Source: Bacteroidota bacterium
GTDB lineage: Bacteria; Bacteroidota; Bacteroidia; Chitinophagales; Chitinophagaceae
Assembly (NCBI GenBank): GCA_023422565.1
Contig: JAFAGR010000021.1
Coordinates: forward strand, 7,227 to 71,226
DNA: 64,000 nucleotides
Direction: 5' to 3'
The position numbers were made by a program, and so were the translations under genes. The notes below the pieces were generated by a model, which saw only the letters and a program-made list of their open reading frames with translations, ran no database searches and was not told the DNA's origin. Shown here in pieces: positions 27,858-36,965 of this stretch. How positions within the stretch are numbered: the first letter of the stretch is position 1; every line of letters begins with the position of its first letter.

Positions 27858-28667
27858 ATGAAATTCTCAGTATTTGCACTGCTGATCAGTGCCTCCCTGT
27901 TTCTATTTTCCTGCTCAAAAGATGATGCACCTGTTTTAAACCCCACTGATGGCATGTTTAAGATAGCTGAAGGGTCTGCCCCGGGGTCAGGATTGAAAAC
28001 TACGCTATACGCGAAATCGCAGACTGTATACACAGGTTACAACCGCTTTTTTATTCTGGTGTCTGACTCTGCTACGGGCAATACAATTACCAATGCGCAA
28101 ATCGAGTTAAACCCGATGATGGACATGGGCACAATGAGCCACAGTTCGCCTTTTGAAAATCCCTCATCATTAACTGCAGTCAATTCACTTTTTCCTTGTA
28201 GCGTGGTTTTTACAATGCCATCAATGGGCGGCTCATGGATGCTCAATGTAAAAGTTACGAATTCCTTTAACGGCAGATCCGGAACATTCTCTACGCCGCT
28301 AACTATTACAGATCCCACAGAATCCAGGATGAAATCTTTTACCTCATTGCATAACGGTTCAAAGTATTTTGTAGCACTGATCGAACCCTCATCTCCTAAA
28401 GTGGGTATCAACGACCTTGAAATTGCAGTTTATAAAAAGTCAGGCATGAGTTATCCGGCCGATAGCTCCTTATCTGTTTCGATCAATCCGGAAATGCCCA
28501 CCATGGGCCACGGTTCTCCTAACAACATAGATCCGGCACATTCAGGTATTGGGCATTATAAGGGAAAAGTAAATTTTACTATGACCGGGTACTGGAAAGT
28601 TAATATGCGTTTTATGAGCGGTGCAGAGGTTGCTGACTCGACCCAGTTTTTTGATATTACTTTTTAA
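27858..28667 (+). CDS. Lipoprotein with two YtkA/FixH-like Met/His-rich domains
   Basis: Lipobox LFSC; PMMDMGTMSHSSP...VFTMP and PEMPTMGHGS...GHYKGKVNFTMTGYW. Confidence 0.8.
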   Translation: MKFSVFALLISASLFLFSCSKDDAPVLNPTDGMFKIAEGSAPGSGLKTTLYAKSQTVYTGYNRFFILVSDSATGNTITNAQIELNPMMDMGTMSHSSPFENPSSLTAVNSLFPCSVVFTMPSMGGSWMLNVKVTNSFNGRSGTFSTPLTITDPTESRMKSFTSLHNGSKYFVALIEPSSPKVGINDLEIAVYKKSGMSYPADSSLSVSINPEMPTMGHGSPNNIDPAHSGIGHYKGKVNFTMTGYWKVNMRFMSGAEVADSTQFFDITF

Positions 28668-28699
28668 GGGAGAGTGATATTCTCACAAAATATTATTTT

Positions 28700-30712
28700 A
28701 TGAAGTGGTTATTAATTACTTTGTTTCTTTTGCATAACGGTTTGGCGTATACGCAAACAGAGCCGGAAAACAAGTGGTCAGACAGTAGCCGGGTTATCGG
28801 GCTCCGGGAAGTTGCATTCTCGTTGAAAGTAAAAAGTCAAACTGACCGGTTATCTGATTTCTATCGTGGCAACCTCTCATCTTCGCTGGAAGATGTACTT
28901 GCCAGGCTTCCCGAAGTTACCATGGTGAAGAGAGGTTCATACGGGCTTGAGCCTACGCTTAGAAGTTTTAGCGGCGGACAGGTGAATGTACTGGTTGATG
29001 GTATGAGGATACATGGCGCATGTACAGACAAAATGGATCCTGCCACCATTTATATTGAGCCCGAAAATCTTGAAAGCCTGGAGGTTCAAACAGGGAACCG
29101 GGGATTCGCATCAGGCTCCGCGATCGGGGGTTCATTTAATTTTAAAATAGAAGAGCCCGCATTTTCAACAGGAAAGTTAAGTGGTGTGGTAAGCAGCGGC
29201 TTCCATTCGGTTTCCAACGGCCTTTATGAATCTCTCGCATTAAATTATGGCTCTTCAAAATTCGCCCTACGTGCCTCGGGGACATACCGAAAGCACCAGA
29301 ACTATAAAGCCGGAGGTGGCAAGGAGATCGCTTTTTCGCAGTATGAAAAAGTGAATTATTCTATCGGCGCCAAGGTTGATCTCGGCAAAGATCTTTTTCT
29401 AAGAACCGATTTTATTGGTGATGATGGATTCAATATCGGGTACCCGGCGCTGCCAATGGATGTGGGCTATGCGTCTGCGCGAATAGGCGCGGTAACACTT
29501 CAGAAGAAAAGTATTGGAAGGTTTCATGACCTGCAGTTGAAAGTATACGCAAACTATGTACGGCATTTCATGGATGATACTAAGCGGCCTAACATACACA
29601 TGCACATGGATATGCCGGGTACAAGCCGAACTGCCGGTTTTTTTGGAGAGGGGAACCTGCGCCTTAATAGAAAGAATTCTCTCCAGCTTCGTTTAGACGG
29701 TTCATCTACCAACCTGTATGCTTCGATGACGATGTACGAGGAGGGAACGCCTCCTATGTATATGCTAACGTGGCCGGATAACCGAAGAAGTCAATGGGGC
29801 GTATCGGCTACGCTAAATCATGTGGCATCTGAAAAATGGTTGCTACGCTTTAGCAGCCGTGCAGATCTTTTCACTACGAAGCTTTCCACACAGGAATCAA
29901 AAGATCATGTACAGATATTTAGCGCCCAGGTAAATGGAACCAGGGATTTTGCCGGAAATTTTTCTGCTGAAGCAACCCGGGTGTTTAATAAACATTGGCG
30001 CCTGTCAGCTTCTGCAGGCTTTACACAGCGAGTGCCATCAGCAAGTGAGCAGTATGGTTTCTATCTTTTTAATGCAAATGATGGCTACGATTATATTGGC
30101 CGTCCTGATCTTAATAAAGAGAGCGCATTAAACAGTGAAGTGTCACTGCATTTTCGCAAAGGAAGCAGCAGGGTGAGGTTGTCTGGTTTCACATCTTTGA
30201 TCAGAAATTATATAGCTGCATACGAAGATCCTTCTCTGAGCATTATGACCTATGGCGCAAATGGTGTGAAGCGTTATACAAATGAGAGGGAGGCTTTACT
30301 CGCCGGTTTTGAAGGAAGTGCGATGGTTCCGCTTTCAAAATCTGTAAGCTATGTGACTACGGTTCGCTACATATGGGGGAAGAACGGCTCAGGAGAAGCT
30401 CTGCCCGGGTTGACTCCATTCAGGAATGTGCAAACAATCCAGTGGTCAAAGAAAAGGATCTCGCTTAAAATTGATACGGAACTCGCTGCGGCGCAGAGGC
30501 GCATAAACAAGAGTGCCGGTGAGGACGAAACTCCCGGATATGGCATTTTCCATCTACGGGCGGCTTATAAAGTAAAAATGAAAAATGAGGTGTTGGAATT
30601 TCAGCCCGGTATTGAAAATATTTTTGACAAAAAGTATCACGAGCATAATGATTGGGGAAATATTCCGCGCCCGGGGAGAAATATTTACCTGCAGGCAAGG
30701 CTGGTGTTCTGA
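28700..30712 (+). CDS. TonB-dependent receptor, OprC-like (probable copper transporter)
   Basis: Plug motif VDGMRIHGACTDKMDP (CxxxM), HFMDD, HMHMDM; C-terminal ENIFDKKY...PGRN...LVF. Confidence 0.85.
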   Translation: MKWLLITLFLLHNGLAYTQTEPENKWSDSSRVIGLREVAFSLKVKSQTDRLSDFYRGNLSSSLEDVLARLPEVTMVKRGSYGLEPTLRSFSGGQVNVLVDGMRIHGACTDKMDPATIYIEPENLESLEVQTGNRGFASGSAIGGSFNFKIEEPAFSTGKLSGVVSSGFHSVSNGLYESLALNYGSSKFALRASGTYRKHQNYKAGGGKEIAFSQYEKVNYSIGAKVDLGKDLFLRTDFIGDDGFNIGYPALPMDVGYASARIGAVTLQKKSIGRFHDLQLKVYANYVRHFMDDTKRPNIHMHMDMPGTSRTAGFFGEGNLRLNRKNSLQLRLDGSSTNLYASMTMYEEGTPPMYMLTWPDNRRSQWGVSATLNHVASEKWLLRFSSRADLFTTKLSTQESKDHVQIFSAQVNGTRDFAGNFSAEATRVFNKHWRLSASAGFTQRVPSASEQYGFYLFNANDGYDYIGRPDLNKESALNSEVSLHFRKGSSRVRLSGFTSLIRNYIAAYEDPSLSIMTYGANGVKRYTNEREALLAGFEGSAMVPLSKSVSYVTTVRYIWGKNGSGEALPGLTPFRNVQTIQWSKKRISLKIDTELAAAQRRINKSAGEDETPGYGIFHLRAAYKVKMKNEVLEFQPGIENIFDKKYHEHNDWGNIPRPGRNIYLQARLVF

Positions 30713-30789
30713 TGAGTTTTATAGCTGAACGGTCAGAAAACTTCTGATTCGGTAAATTTGCTTTCTTAGAAAATAAAAAGCATTCAACT

Positions 30790-31506
30790 ATGGCAAATGA
30801 TCTTAAAGATAAAGTGGTTTATATCACGGGCGGAAGCAGGGGGATTGGTTACGGTGTGGCACAAACGCTTCTCGGCCTGGGTATGAGGGTTGCAATAAGC
30901 GGAAGAAATGAGGAATCAATTCGCGCTGCGGCTGCGGAGCTTGGTAAAGGTGGAGAAGTGCTCGGCATAAAATCAGATGTCGGAAAAGATGGCGATGAAG
31001 CAACTGCGATGCAGCAAGTGATAAAACATTTTGGAAAACTCGATGTTTTAATTGCCAATGCGGGAGTCGGCTATTTCAAACCCATAGATGAATTGACAGA
31101 CAAGGAATGGCATGAAACGATCGATACCAATTTAACGGGAGTGTTTCATAGCGTGAAAGCGGCAATACCGCTGCTTAAAGAAAGTAAGGGATACATTATC
31201 ACCATTGCGAGCCTTGCCGGTACAAATTTTTTCGAAACGGCTTCGGCATACAATGCCAGCAAATTCGGATTGGTAGGCTTTACGCAGGCGATCATGTTAG
31301 ATCTTCGTAAGTATGGCATTAAGGTATCAACCATAATGCCCGGCTCTGTGGCAACCCATTTTAACAACCACACGCCTAATGCAGAGGATGCTTGGAAAAT
31401 TCAACCGGAAGATATTGGAAAGTTGGTGACCGATCTTTTAAGTATGGACCCGCGTACGCTTCCAAGTAAAATTGAAGTAAGGCCTTCGATGCCGGGAGGG
31501 AAGTAA
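30790..31506 (+). CDS. SDR-family oxidoreductase
   Basis: TGGSRGIG, ANAG, YNASK. Confidence 0.92.
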   Translation: MANDLKDKVVYITGGSRGIGYGVAQTLLGLGMRVAISGRNEESIRAAAAELGKGGEVLGIKSDVGKDGDEATAMQQVIKHFGKLDVLIANAGVGYFKPIDELTDKEWHETIDTNLTGVFHSVKAAIPLLKESKGYIITIASLAGTNFFETASAYNASKFGLVGFTQAIMLDLRKYGIKVSTIMPGSVATHFNNHTPNAEDAWKIQPEDIGKLVTDLLSMDPRTLPSKIEVRPSMPGGK

Positions 31507-31541
31507 ATACAAAGGATTTACGAAACATGAGAAACCAGAAA

Positions 31542-32000
31542 CTATAAACTTTGCATACCGTCTAACAATGCCAAAGTTCTTTGGTCTCTTTCTCCGCTGA
31601 AATATTGCTGAAGTGCAGCACTTAAAAGTTTGAATGAGTCAGACTGATGATATCCGGGTTCCTGTTTCGAGGCCTCTAAAAAGAGCGTGAGCGAAGAATG
31701 CAATTTCATATCGTCCGGTGATCCGAAAATTTCAAATGCAGATTTGCATTCCGCCTTCGTCAATATCTCAACCAATTTAATTAACCGTCTTCCGAGTATA
31801 GGATGACGCAAATAGGCAACAGCTTCCGCCAGGTTTTGAATTCCGTAATACAGTGCAGTTTCTGACCGCCCCAGGCCTTTCAGTTGCGGAAATATGAACC
31901 ACATCCAATGGCTGGTTTTTCGTCCACGCAAAATTTCACTTCTCGCCTGTTCATAGGTGGTTTGTTGTGCCTTGATAAACCGTTCGAGGGTGGCGTTCAT
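31542..32000 (-). CDS. DUF1810 family protein
   Basis: LERFIKAQ...GRKTSHWMWFIFPQ...IFGSPDDMKLHSSLTLF; start placed at MNATL. Confidence 0.9.
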   Translation of the reverse strand: MNATLERFIKAQQTTYEQARSEILRGRKTSHWMWFIFPQLKGLGRSETALYYGIQNLAEAVAYLRHPILGRRLIKLVEILTKAECKSAFEIFGSPDDMKLHSSLTLFLEASKQEPGYHQSDSFKLLSAALQQYFSGERDQRTLALLDGMQSL

Positions 32001-32018
32001 GAAGTGAAGGTAAAAGTT

Positions 32019-32116
32019 ACAGGGTACAGGGTACAGGGTACAAGTAAAGGCAGGCGGCAAAGCCAGAAGACAATCAACTTCCAACTATCAACTATAGACT
32101 ACCAACTACCAACTAT
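32019..32116. repeat. Composite heptamer repeats (ACAGGGT)n then (CAACTAY)n
   Basis: acagggt x3; caacttc caactat caactat agactac caactac caactat. Confidence 0.8.
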
Positions 32117-32756
32117 TAATTCCTTCCATCACCCGCTTCACCATGGCATCGCAATAAACCAGGTTGAATTCAAACAAATCTTCTGCGCTGTACGATTTTT
32201 CGAGTTCATTGCGCAACAGGGCTTTCGCGCGGTTCAGCCTTACTTTTACATTGGTTGGTGTAATATGAAGCACTCCGGCAGTTTCTTCTACACTAAATCC
32301 GTTAATCTCCCTGAGAGAGAACACCATCCGGTAATGAAGAGGTATATTCTGTATCGCCGTTTCTACAAGGCGTCCCATTTCTTTGTTTAGTACTTTTCGA
32401 GTGGTGTCAGAATTATTATTTGTTGAAAACATGGGAATGGCTTTTTCATGTATGTGCTGCGGGATTTCATTTTTGTAACCGTTCTTTTGTTTTTTTCGGT
32501 AACAATTGTTAAGCATTATTCTGATCAGCCATGTTCGGAAAGTTGAGCGCTCTTCAAATTTCTTCAGGTTGCAATAGGCATCAATAAAAGTGTCTTGCAT
32601 AAGATCCTGGGTGGACTCATGGTCAAAATTGTAACTTCTTCCGGTTTTATATAAGAGTGCATTATGGCGCCGTATCAATACTTCAAACAGATCCGTTTGT
32701 CCCGCAATAATGCGGTGAATGATCACGGCGTCTTCTGCTTTAGCAATCGTATCCAT
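32106..32756 (-). CDS. ECF RNA polymerase sigma factor with short Cys-containing C-terminal extension
   Basis: DLMQDTF, F..RSTFRTWLIRI, region 4 YRMVFSLRE...ETA...NVKVRLNRAK; tail FEFNLVYCDAMV. Confidence 0.92.
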   Translation of the reverse strand: MDTIAKAEDAVIIHRIIAGQTDLFEVLIRRHNALLYKTGRSYNFDHESTQDLMQDTFIDAYCNLKKFEERSTFRTWLIRIMLNNCYRKKQKNGYKNEIPQHIHEKAIPMFSTNNNSDTTRKVLNKEMGRLVETAIQNIPLHYRMVFSLREINGFSVEETAGVLHITPTNVKVRLNRAKALLRNELEKSYSAEDLFEFNLVYCDAMVKRVMEGINSW

Positions 32757-32761
32757 TTACA

Positions 32762-33151
32762 CTAATTTATATCATTTACCGATGCCATCCTCGCCAGGCA
32801 GAAAGCACTTATTGCCATTACAAGGTCACGTACAGCCACGTCAAAGTATTTTCCGCCAACGATTAAAGTGAGCGCGATTAGTGTAAGCCATGCGGCCACG
32901 ATAACTCCGCCCAGGGCAGGTTTGCGATAAACAATTAAGCCTGCCACAATTTCTATCACGCCCACTATCATCATAAATGTGGCGGCTGAAAAGGGTAGGA
33001 TATCGGCCACGGCCGGGTTCAGGTATTGTTCCCAATTTGTCAGAAGGTTTGTAAACTTGTCGAATCCCGCAACAACAGGAACGATTGTAAAAGTTATTCT
33101 CAGTAAGTTAAATGATGTACGGGTAGCCGGTATTGCATGTGCTCTTTCCAT
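32762..33151 (-). CDS. DoxX-like membrane protein
   Basis: PVVAGFDKFTNLLTNW..Y, VGVIEIVAG, DVAVRD; start placed at MERAH. Confidence 0.8.
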   Translation of the reverse strand: MERAHAIPATRTSFNLLRITFTIVPVVAGFDKFTNLLTNWEQYLNPAVADILPFSAATFMMIVGVIEIVAGLIVYRKPALGGVIVAAWLTLIALTLIVGGKYFDVAVRDLVMAISAFCLARMASVNDIN

Positions 33152-33178
33152 GATAAAATATTTTGGTTTATACATTGA

Positions 33179-33207
33179 TAGAGTATGGAAGAGGAGGAAA
33201 GGTTACA
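33179..33207 (-). promoter_or_regulatory. Putative ECF-type promoter of the doxX-sigma operon
   Basis: Minus strand TGTAAC-N18-CTCTA upstream of the DoxX start. Confidence 0.5.
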
Positions 33208-33215
33208 GGGATGGA

Positions 33216-33336
33216 GTCGTGGGTTATGAGTCGTGGGTTATGAGCGAAAGGTACAGGCCGAAAGGTGCAGGCCGAAAGGTGCAGGGTACAGGGTGCAACT
33301 ACCAACTATCAACTACAAACTATCAACTACAAACTA
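33216..33336. repeat. Composite 14-mer/7-mer tandem repeats
   Basis: gtcgtgggttatga x2; cgaaaggtRcaggc x3; agggtac; caactac/caactat x5. Confidence 0.8.
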
Positions 33337-34013
33337 ATTTCGTCTCCTGCTGCTGAAACCATTACGATTCCTTCAAGATACCTAAGCTTTTGTTTGTGGT
33401 AGATCTCCACAAAATTATTCATGGTGAAAAATTCTTTGTGCAAAGGATTTTTGTAAAGGATGAATATGGTGCGCGGATTACGGCGCAGTGAATCCTTAAT
33501 ATTTTCTGCTACGCCGCTCATGATCACATCGTTGAAAGGATTGAAAAGAAAAACGCAATCGCAACTATCAGGAATATCAAAATAATAAGCATCTGCGTGT
33601 TGAAGATTATACGCGGGCTTTGGCTCCAGAGTTTTAATTGTGTTTTCAATATTTTCCCTTGCTGCAGTAAGAAAATTTTTTGAAATGTCGATGCCCGTCA
33701 GTTTTGAAAATCCATAATGTGCGGCTACGCAAAGCGCGCGCCCCTTACCGCAGCCTAGGTCTAAAAAATGTTTACACTTTCTTGCAGAAACGAAAGCAAG
33801 GAGCGACTCCAACATGTCATAACTGGCAGGCATATAAATAGAAGCATTATCAATGTCAACTCCTGAGGCTTCCAGTTTTTTCAATTCATCAACCCCGGTT
33901 GTCTTAATATTATATTTCCGCTCTCCTTTTATTTCATGCCTGATAATATAAAAAGCTATCCGCGGGTTCCAATTGGTAGCGAGGTAAAAAAAATATCGGA
34001 GGTATGCGAGCAT
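33327..34013 (-). CDS. Class I SAM-dependent methyltransferase
   Basis: FLDLGCGKGR, GIDIS, DA, FLFNPF; start placed at MLAYL. Confidence 0.85.
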   Translation of the reverse strand: MLAYLRYFFYLATNWNPRIAFYIIRHEIKGERKYNIKTTGVDELKKLEASGVDIDNASIYMPASYDMLESLLAFVSARKCKHFLDLGCGKGRALCVAAHYGFSKLTGIDISKNFLTAARENIENTIKTLEPKPAYNLQHADAYYFDIPDSCDCVFLFNPFNDVIMSGVAENIKDSLRRNPRTIFILYKNPLHKEFFTMNNFVEIYHKQKLRYLEGIVMVSAAGDEISL

Positions 34014-34027
34014 ATTTATTTGATAAT

Positions 34028-35728
34028 TTACGGGCGCATATCTACCACCTTTAATTGCAGTGTGGTTTCCCCGTTCCATTCGTTTTCATCAATCGTGTAA
34101 ACAATGTCGAATGGTTTTGACAGATCAATATTCTGAAATGACTCTTTCAAATTAAAACCAATTCCCGAAAACACAACTCCTTCATGCTTCACCACAATTC
34201 TTGCATGCTCATCTTTCACCAACCGGCTGCTAATATTGGTTACTCCGCGTGTTAGAAAAACAGGGCGCATGTTTTCAGGGCCGTAGGGTTCCATGGCTTG
34301 CACCTGCCGGTAAAATTTAAAATTGATTTCTGAAAAAGGGATCTCTGCATCAATAATAACCTCCGGCGTTAGCATATGCTCCTCAATTGAGGAAGAAACC
34401 ACTTCGTCAAACCTGCTCATAAAATCGTTAAGCTTTTCCGGAAGCAAACTCAGCCCCGCCGCTGCAAAGTGCCCTCCGTAGGCTACAAGGTGTTCTCGGC
34501 ATGCATAGATAGCTTCATACAAATTAAACCCGGGCACACTTCGCGCGCTGCCTGATACGAGGTCGCCGCTTCGTGTAAGCACCACTGTGGGTTTGTAATG
34601 TTTTTCTATCAGCCGCGAGGCAACGATTCCTACAACACCTTTGTGCCAGTGTTCGCTGTAAACCACATTCGATTTTCGCGAGAGCATTACCGGGTCTGAT
34701 TCAATGATCTCCAACGCCTCCGCAGTAATCGTTTTGTCGGCCTCGCGCCGGTCTGTATTATCTGAATGCAGGGCAGAAGCCAGCTCCATCGCTCTTGCCG
34801 GATCGGTTTCCACAAACAGCTCCACTGCCTTTCTCGCATCATCCATTCTTCCTGCCGCATTCACGCGCGGTGCAATAATGAACACTACATTGGTTATAGA
34901 CATTGGCCCCTTGGTCTCCGCTTTATTTTTCAGCGCAAGAATTCCCGCACAAGGCTTCAGGTTAATCTTCATCAAACCGAAATATGCAAGTATGCGGTTC
35001 TCACCCGTCATTGGAACAATGTCGGCCGCAATCGCCGTGGCTACGAGATCAAGAAATTCAGTTACCTCTTTGGGCGACATTCTAAATCGTTCTGCCAATG
35101 CGCTCATCAACTTATAGCCTACGCCGCATCCGCAGAGATCTTTATAGGGATAATTACAATCAACCTGTTTTGGATTGAGAACGGCAACAGCATCGGGAAT
35201 TTTTTTATCGGGAAGATGATGATCACAAATAATAAAATCTATGCCCAGGCTTTTGGCGTAATCAACCAGTTCCACCGATTTAATGCCGCAATCTAAACTT
35301 ATAATAAGTGTTCTCTTTGTGTCAAGGGCGTGATCGATCCCCATCTTGCTTACGCCATAGCCCTCACGGTAACGGTGCGGAATATAAAAATCAACCTGGT
35401 CGCCATGCGGTGCAAGTTTTTTCAAAAAACGAAACATTGCTGCTACGGCCGTAGTGCCGTCAACATCATAGTCCCCAAAAACAAGTATTCTTTCGTTTCG
35501 TTCAATTGCTCGAATTATTCTGTTCACCGCTTTCTCCATATCCTTCATCAGCCAGGGAGAATGCAGGTTTTCCAGCCTTGGCGAAAAGAAATCATTTACC
35601 TCCGCTGCATTTTTTAAACCGCGTTGATAAAGAATTTTGCAAATCGAAGTTGGGTAACCGGTTTCGAGAGAAAGTTGCGAAACCGCGTCCGGAGAAAAAG
35701 GCAATATGGTCCATCGGCGCTGCATCAA
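34028..35728 (-). CDS. recJ: ssDNA-specific exonuclease RecJ
   Basis: GDYDVDG, PHRYREGYG, DCG, DHH, NAAGR, GSARS, GGH. Confidence 0.97.
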   Translation of the reverse strand: MMQRRWTILPFSPDAVSQLSLETGYPTSICKILYQRGLKNAAEVNDFFSPRLENLHSPWLMKDMEKAVNRIIRAIERNERILVFGDYDVDGTTAVAAMFRFLKKLAPHGDQVDFYIPHRYREGYGVSKMGIDHALDTKRTLIISLDCGIKSVELVDYAKSLGIDFIICDHHLPDKKIPDAVAVLNPKQVDCNYPYKDLCGCGVGYKLMSALAERFRMSPKEVTEFLDLVATAIAADIVPMTGENRILAYFGLMKINLKPCAGILALKNKAETKGPMSITNVVFIIAPRVNAAGRMDDARKAVELFVETDPARAMELASALHSDNTDRREADKTITAEALEIIESDPVMLSRKSNVVYSEHWHKGVVGIVASRLIEKHYKPTVVLTRSGDLVSGSARSVPGFNLYEAIYACREHLVAYGGHFAAAGLSLLPEKLNDFMSRFDEVVSSSIEEHMLTPEVIIDAEIPFSEINFKFYRQVQAMEPYGPENMRPVFLTRGVTNISSRLVKDEHARIVVKHEGVVFSGIGFNLKESFQNIDLSKPFDIVYTIDENEWNGETTLQLKVVDMRP

Positions 35729-36687
35729 TATGATCTGTCTGTGGTGTATCTCACCAATTCTTCAAGTGCATTCCTTTCTTCCGATTCGGGGTAAGTGAAC
35801 AGAATTTCCAGTGCTTCGTCGCGATATTTTTTCATCATCGTTTCTGCATAGCTGATGCCGCCGGCCTTTATAACGGTGTCGATCACACGCTGAATTTTTG
35901 CCTTGTTCTCGTTTTCGTTTTTTACGATATATATCAATTCCCTCCGCGTTTCACGGTCTGAATTCTTCAGGGTGTAGATAAGAGGCAGGGTGAGTTTTTT
36001 TTCCCGTATGTCGTTGCCGGTGGGTTTGCCCACGTCCTGCGTGCCATAATCAAAAAGATCATCCTTTATCTGGAAAGCAATTCCCACTTTTTCGCCGAAT
36101 TTCTTCATTACATCCGCCTTGGCCTTATCGCCGCTGGTACTGTATGCGCCCACCGCGCAGGCAGAGGAAAGGAGAGAGGCGGTCTTGCTTTTAATGATCT
36201 CAAAATACACTTCCTCATCAATATCAAGCCGTCGCGCTTTTTCCATTTGAAGAAGTTCGCCTTCGCTCATTTGCTTGACGGCTTCAGATAAAATATGAAG
36301 ATGCTCGAAATCATTATTTGAGGTGGAAAGTAAAAGCCCTTTTGAGAGAAGGTAATCGCCGACCAGAACTGCTATCTTATTCTTCCACACTGCATTAATG
36401 GAAAAAAAACCCCTTCTCTCCATAGACTCATCCACCACATCATCATGTACCAGGGTGGCCGTATGCAATAATTCAACAAGGGATGCGGCGCGATAGGTTC
36501 CTTCATTCACCTGGCCGTTCAGCCGCGCACTCAAAAACACGAACATCGGGCGTAACTGCTTGCCTTTCCGTTTAATTATGTACTTCATAATACGGTCCAG
36601 CATCGGCGTATTGCTCTTTACAGCTTCGGCAAATTTGCGCTCAAAAATTTCCAGTTCTTCCCCAATAACTTTCTTAACAGCCTTCAT
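35725..36687 (-). CDS. Polyprenyl (octaprenyl-type) diphosphate synthase
   Basis: GKQLRP, LVHDDVVD...RRG, KTA, FQIKDDLFD. Confidence 0.93.
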   Translation of the reverse strand: MKAVKKVIGEELEIFERKFAEAVKSNTPMLDRIMKYIIKRKGKQLRPMFVFLSARLNGQVNEGTYRAASLVELLHTATLVHDDVVDESMERRGFFSINAVWKNKIAVLVGDYLLSKGLLLSTSNNDFEHLHILSEAVKQMSEGELLQMEKARRLDIDEEVYFEIIKSKTASLLSSACAVGAYSTSGDKAKADVMKKFGEKVGIAFQIKDDLFDYGTQDVGKPTGNDIREKKLTLPLIYTLKNSDRETRRELIYIVKNENENKAKIQRVIDTVIKAGGISYAETMMKKYRDEALEILFTYPESEERNALEELVRYTTDRSY

Positions 36688-36965
36688 TTCTAAAAAGAAA
36701 GCAAGATAATGCAGCCTCCAGCGTCAATCAATTTTAATTTGGGGTATGCCTCTTTGCAAAGCGTTAACAATTCGGAATAATATTTGTTTTATTTGGGCCG
36801 TGATGCAGCAGATGTGTTTAAGCGGCACTCCGTATGTACAAAAAACCTTTGATTATTAAAAGTTTACTGCGCAAATAAGTGCGAAAAGTTTTGGTTTTTA
36901 GGCTTATGTGAATAAATTTGCAACTAATCAACTCGTATATTTAGAAATCTATCAATCATTTAGTT

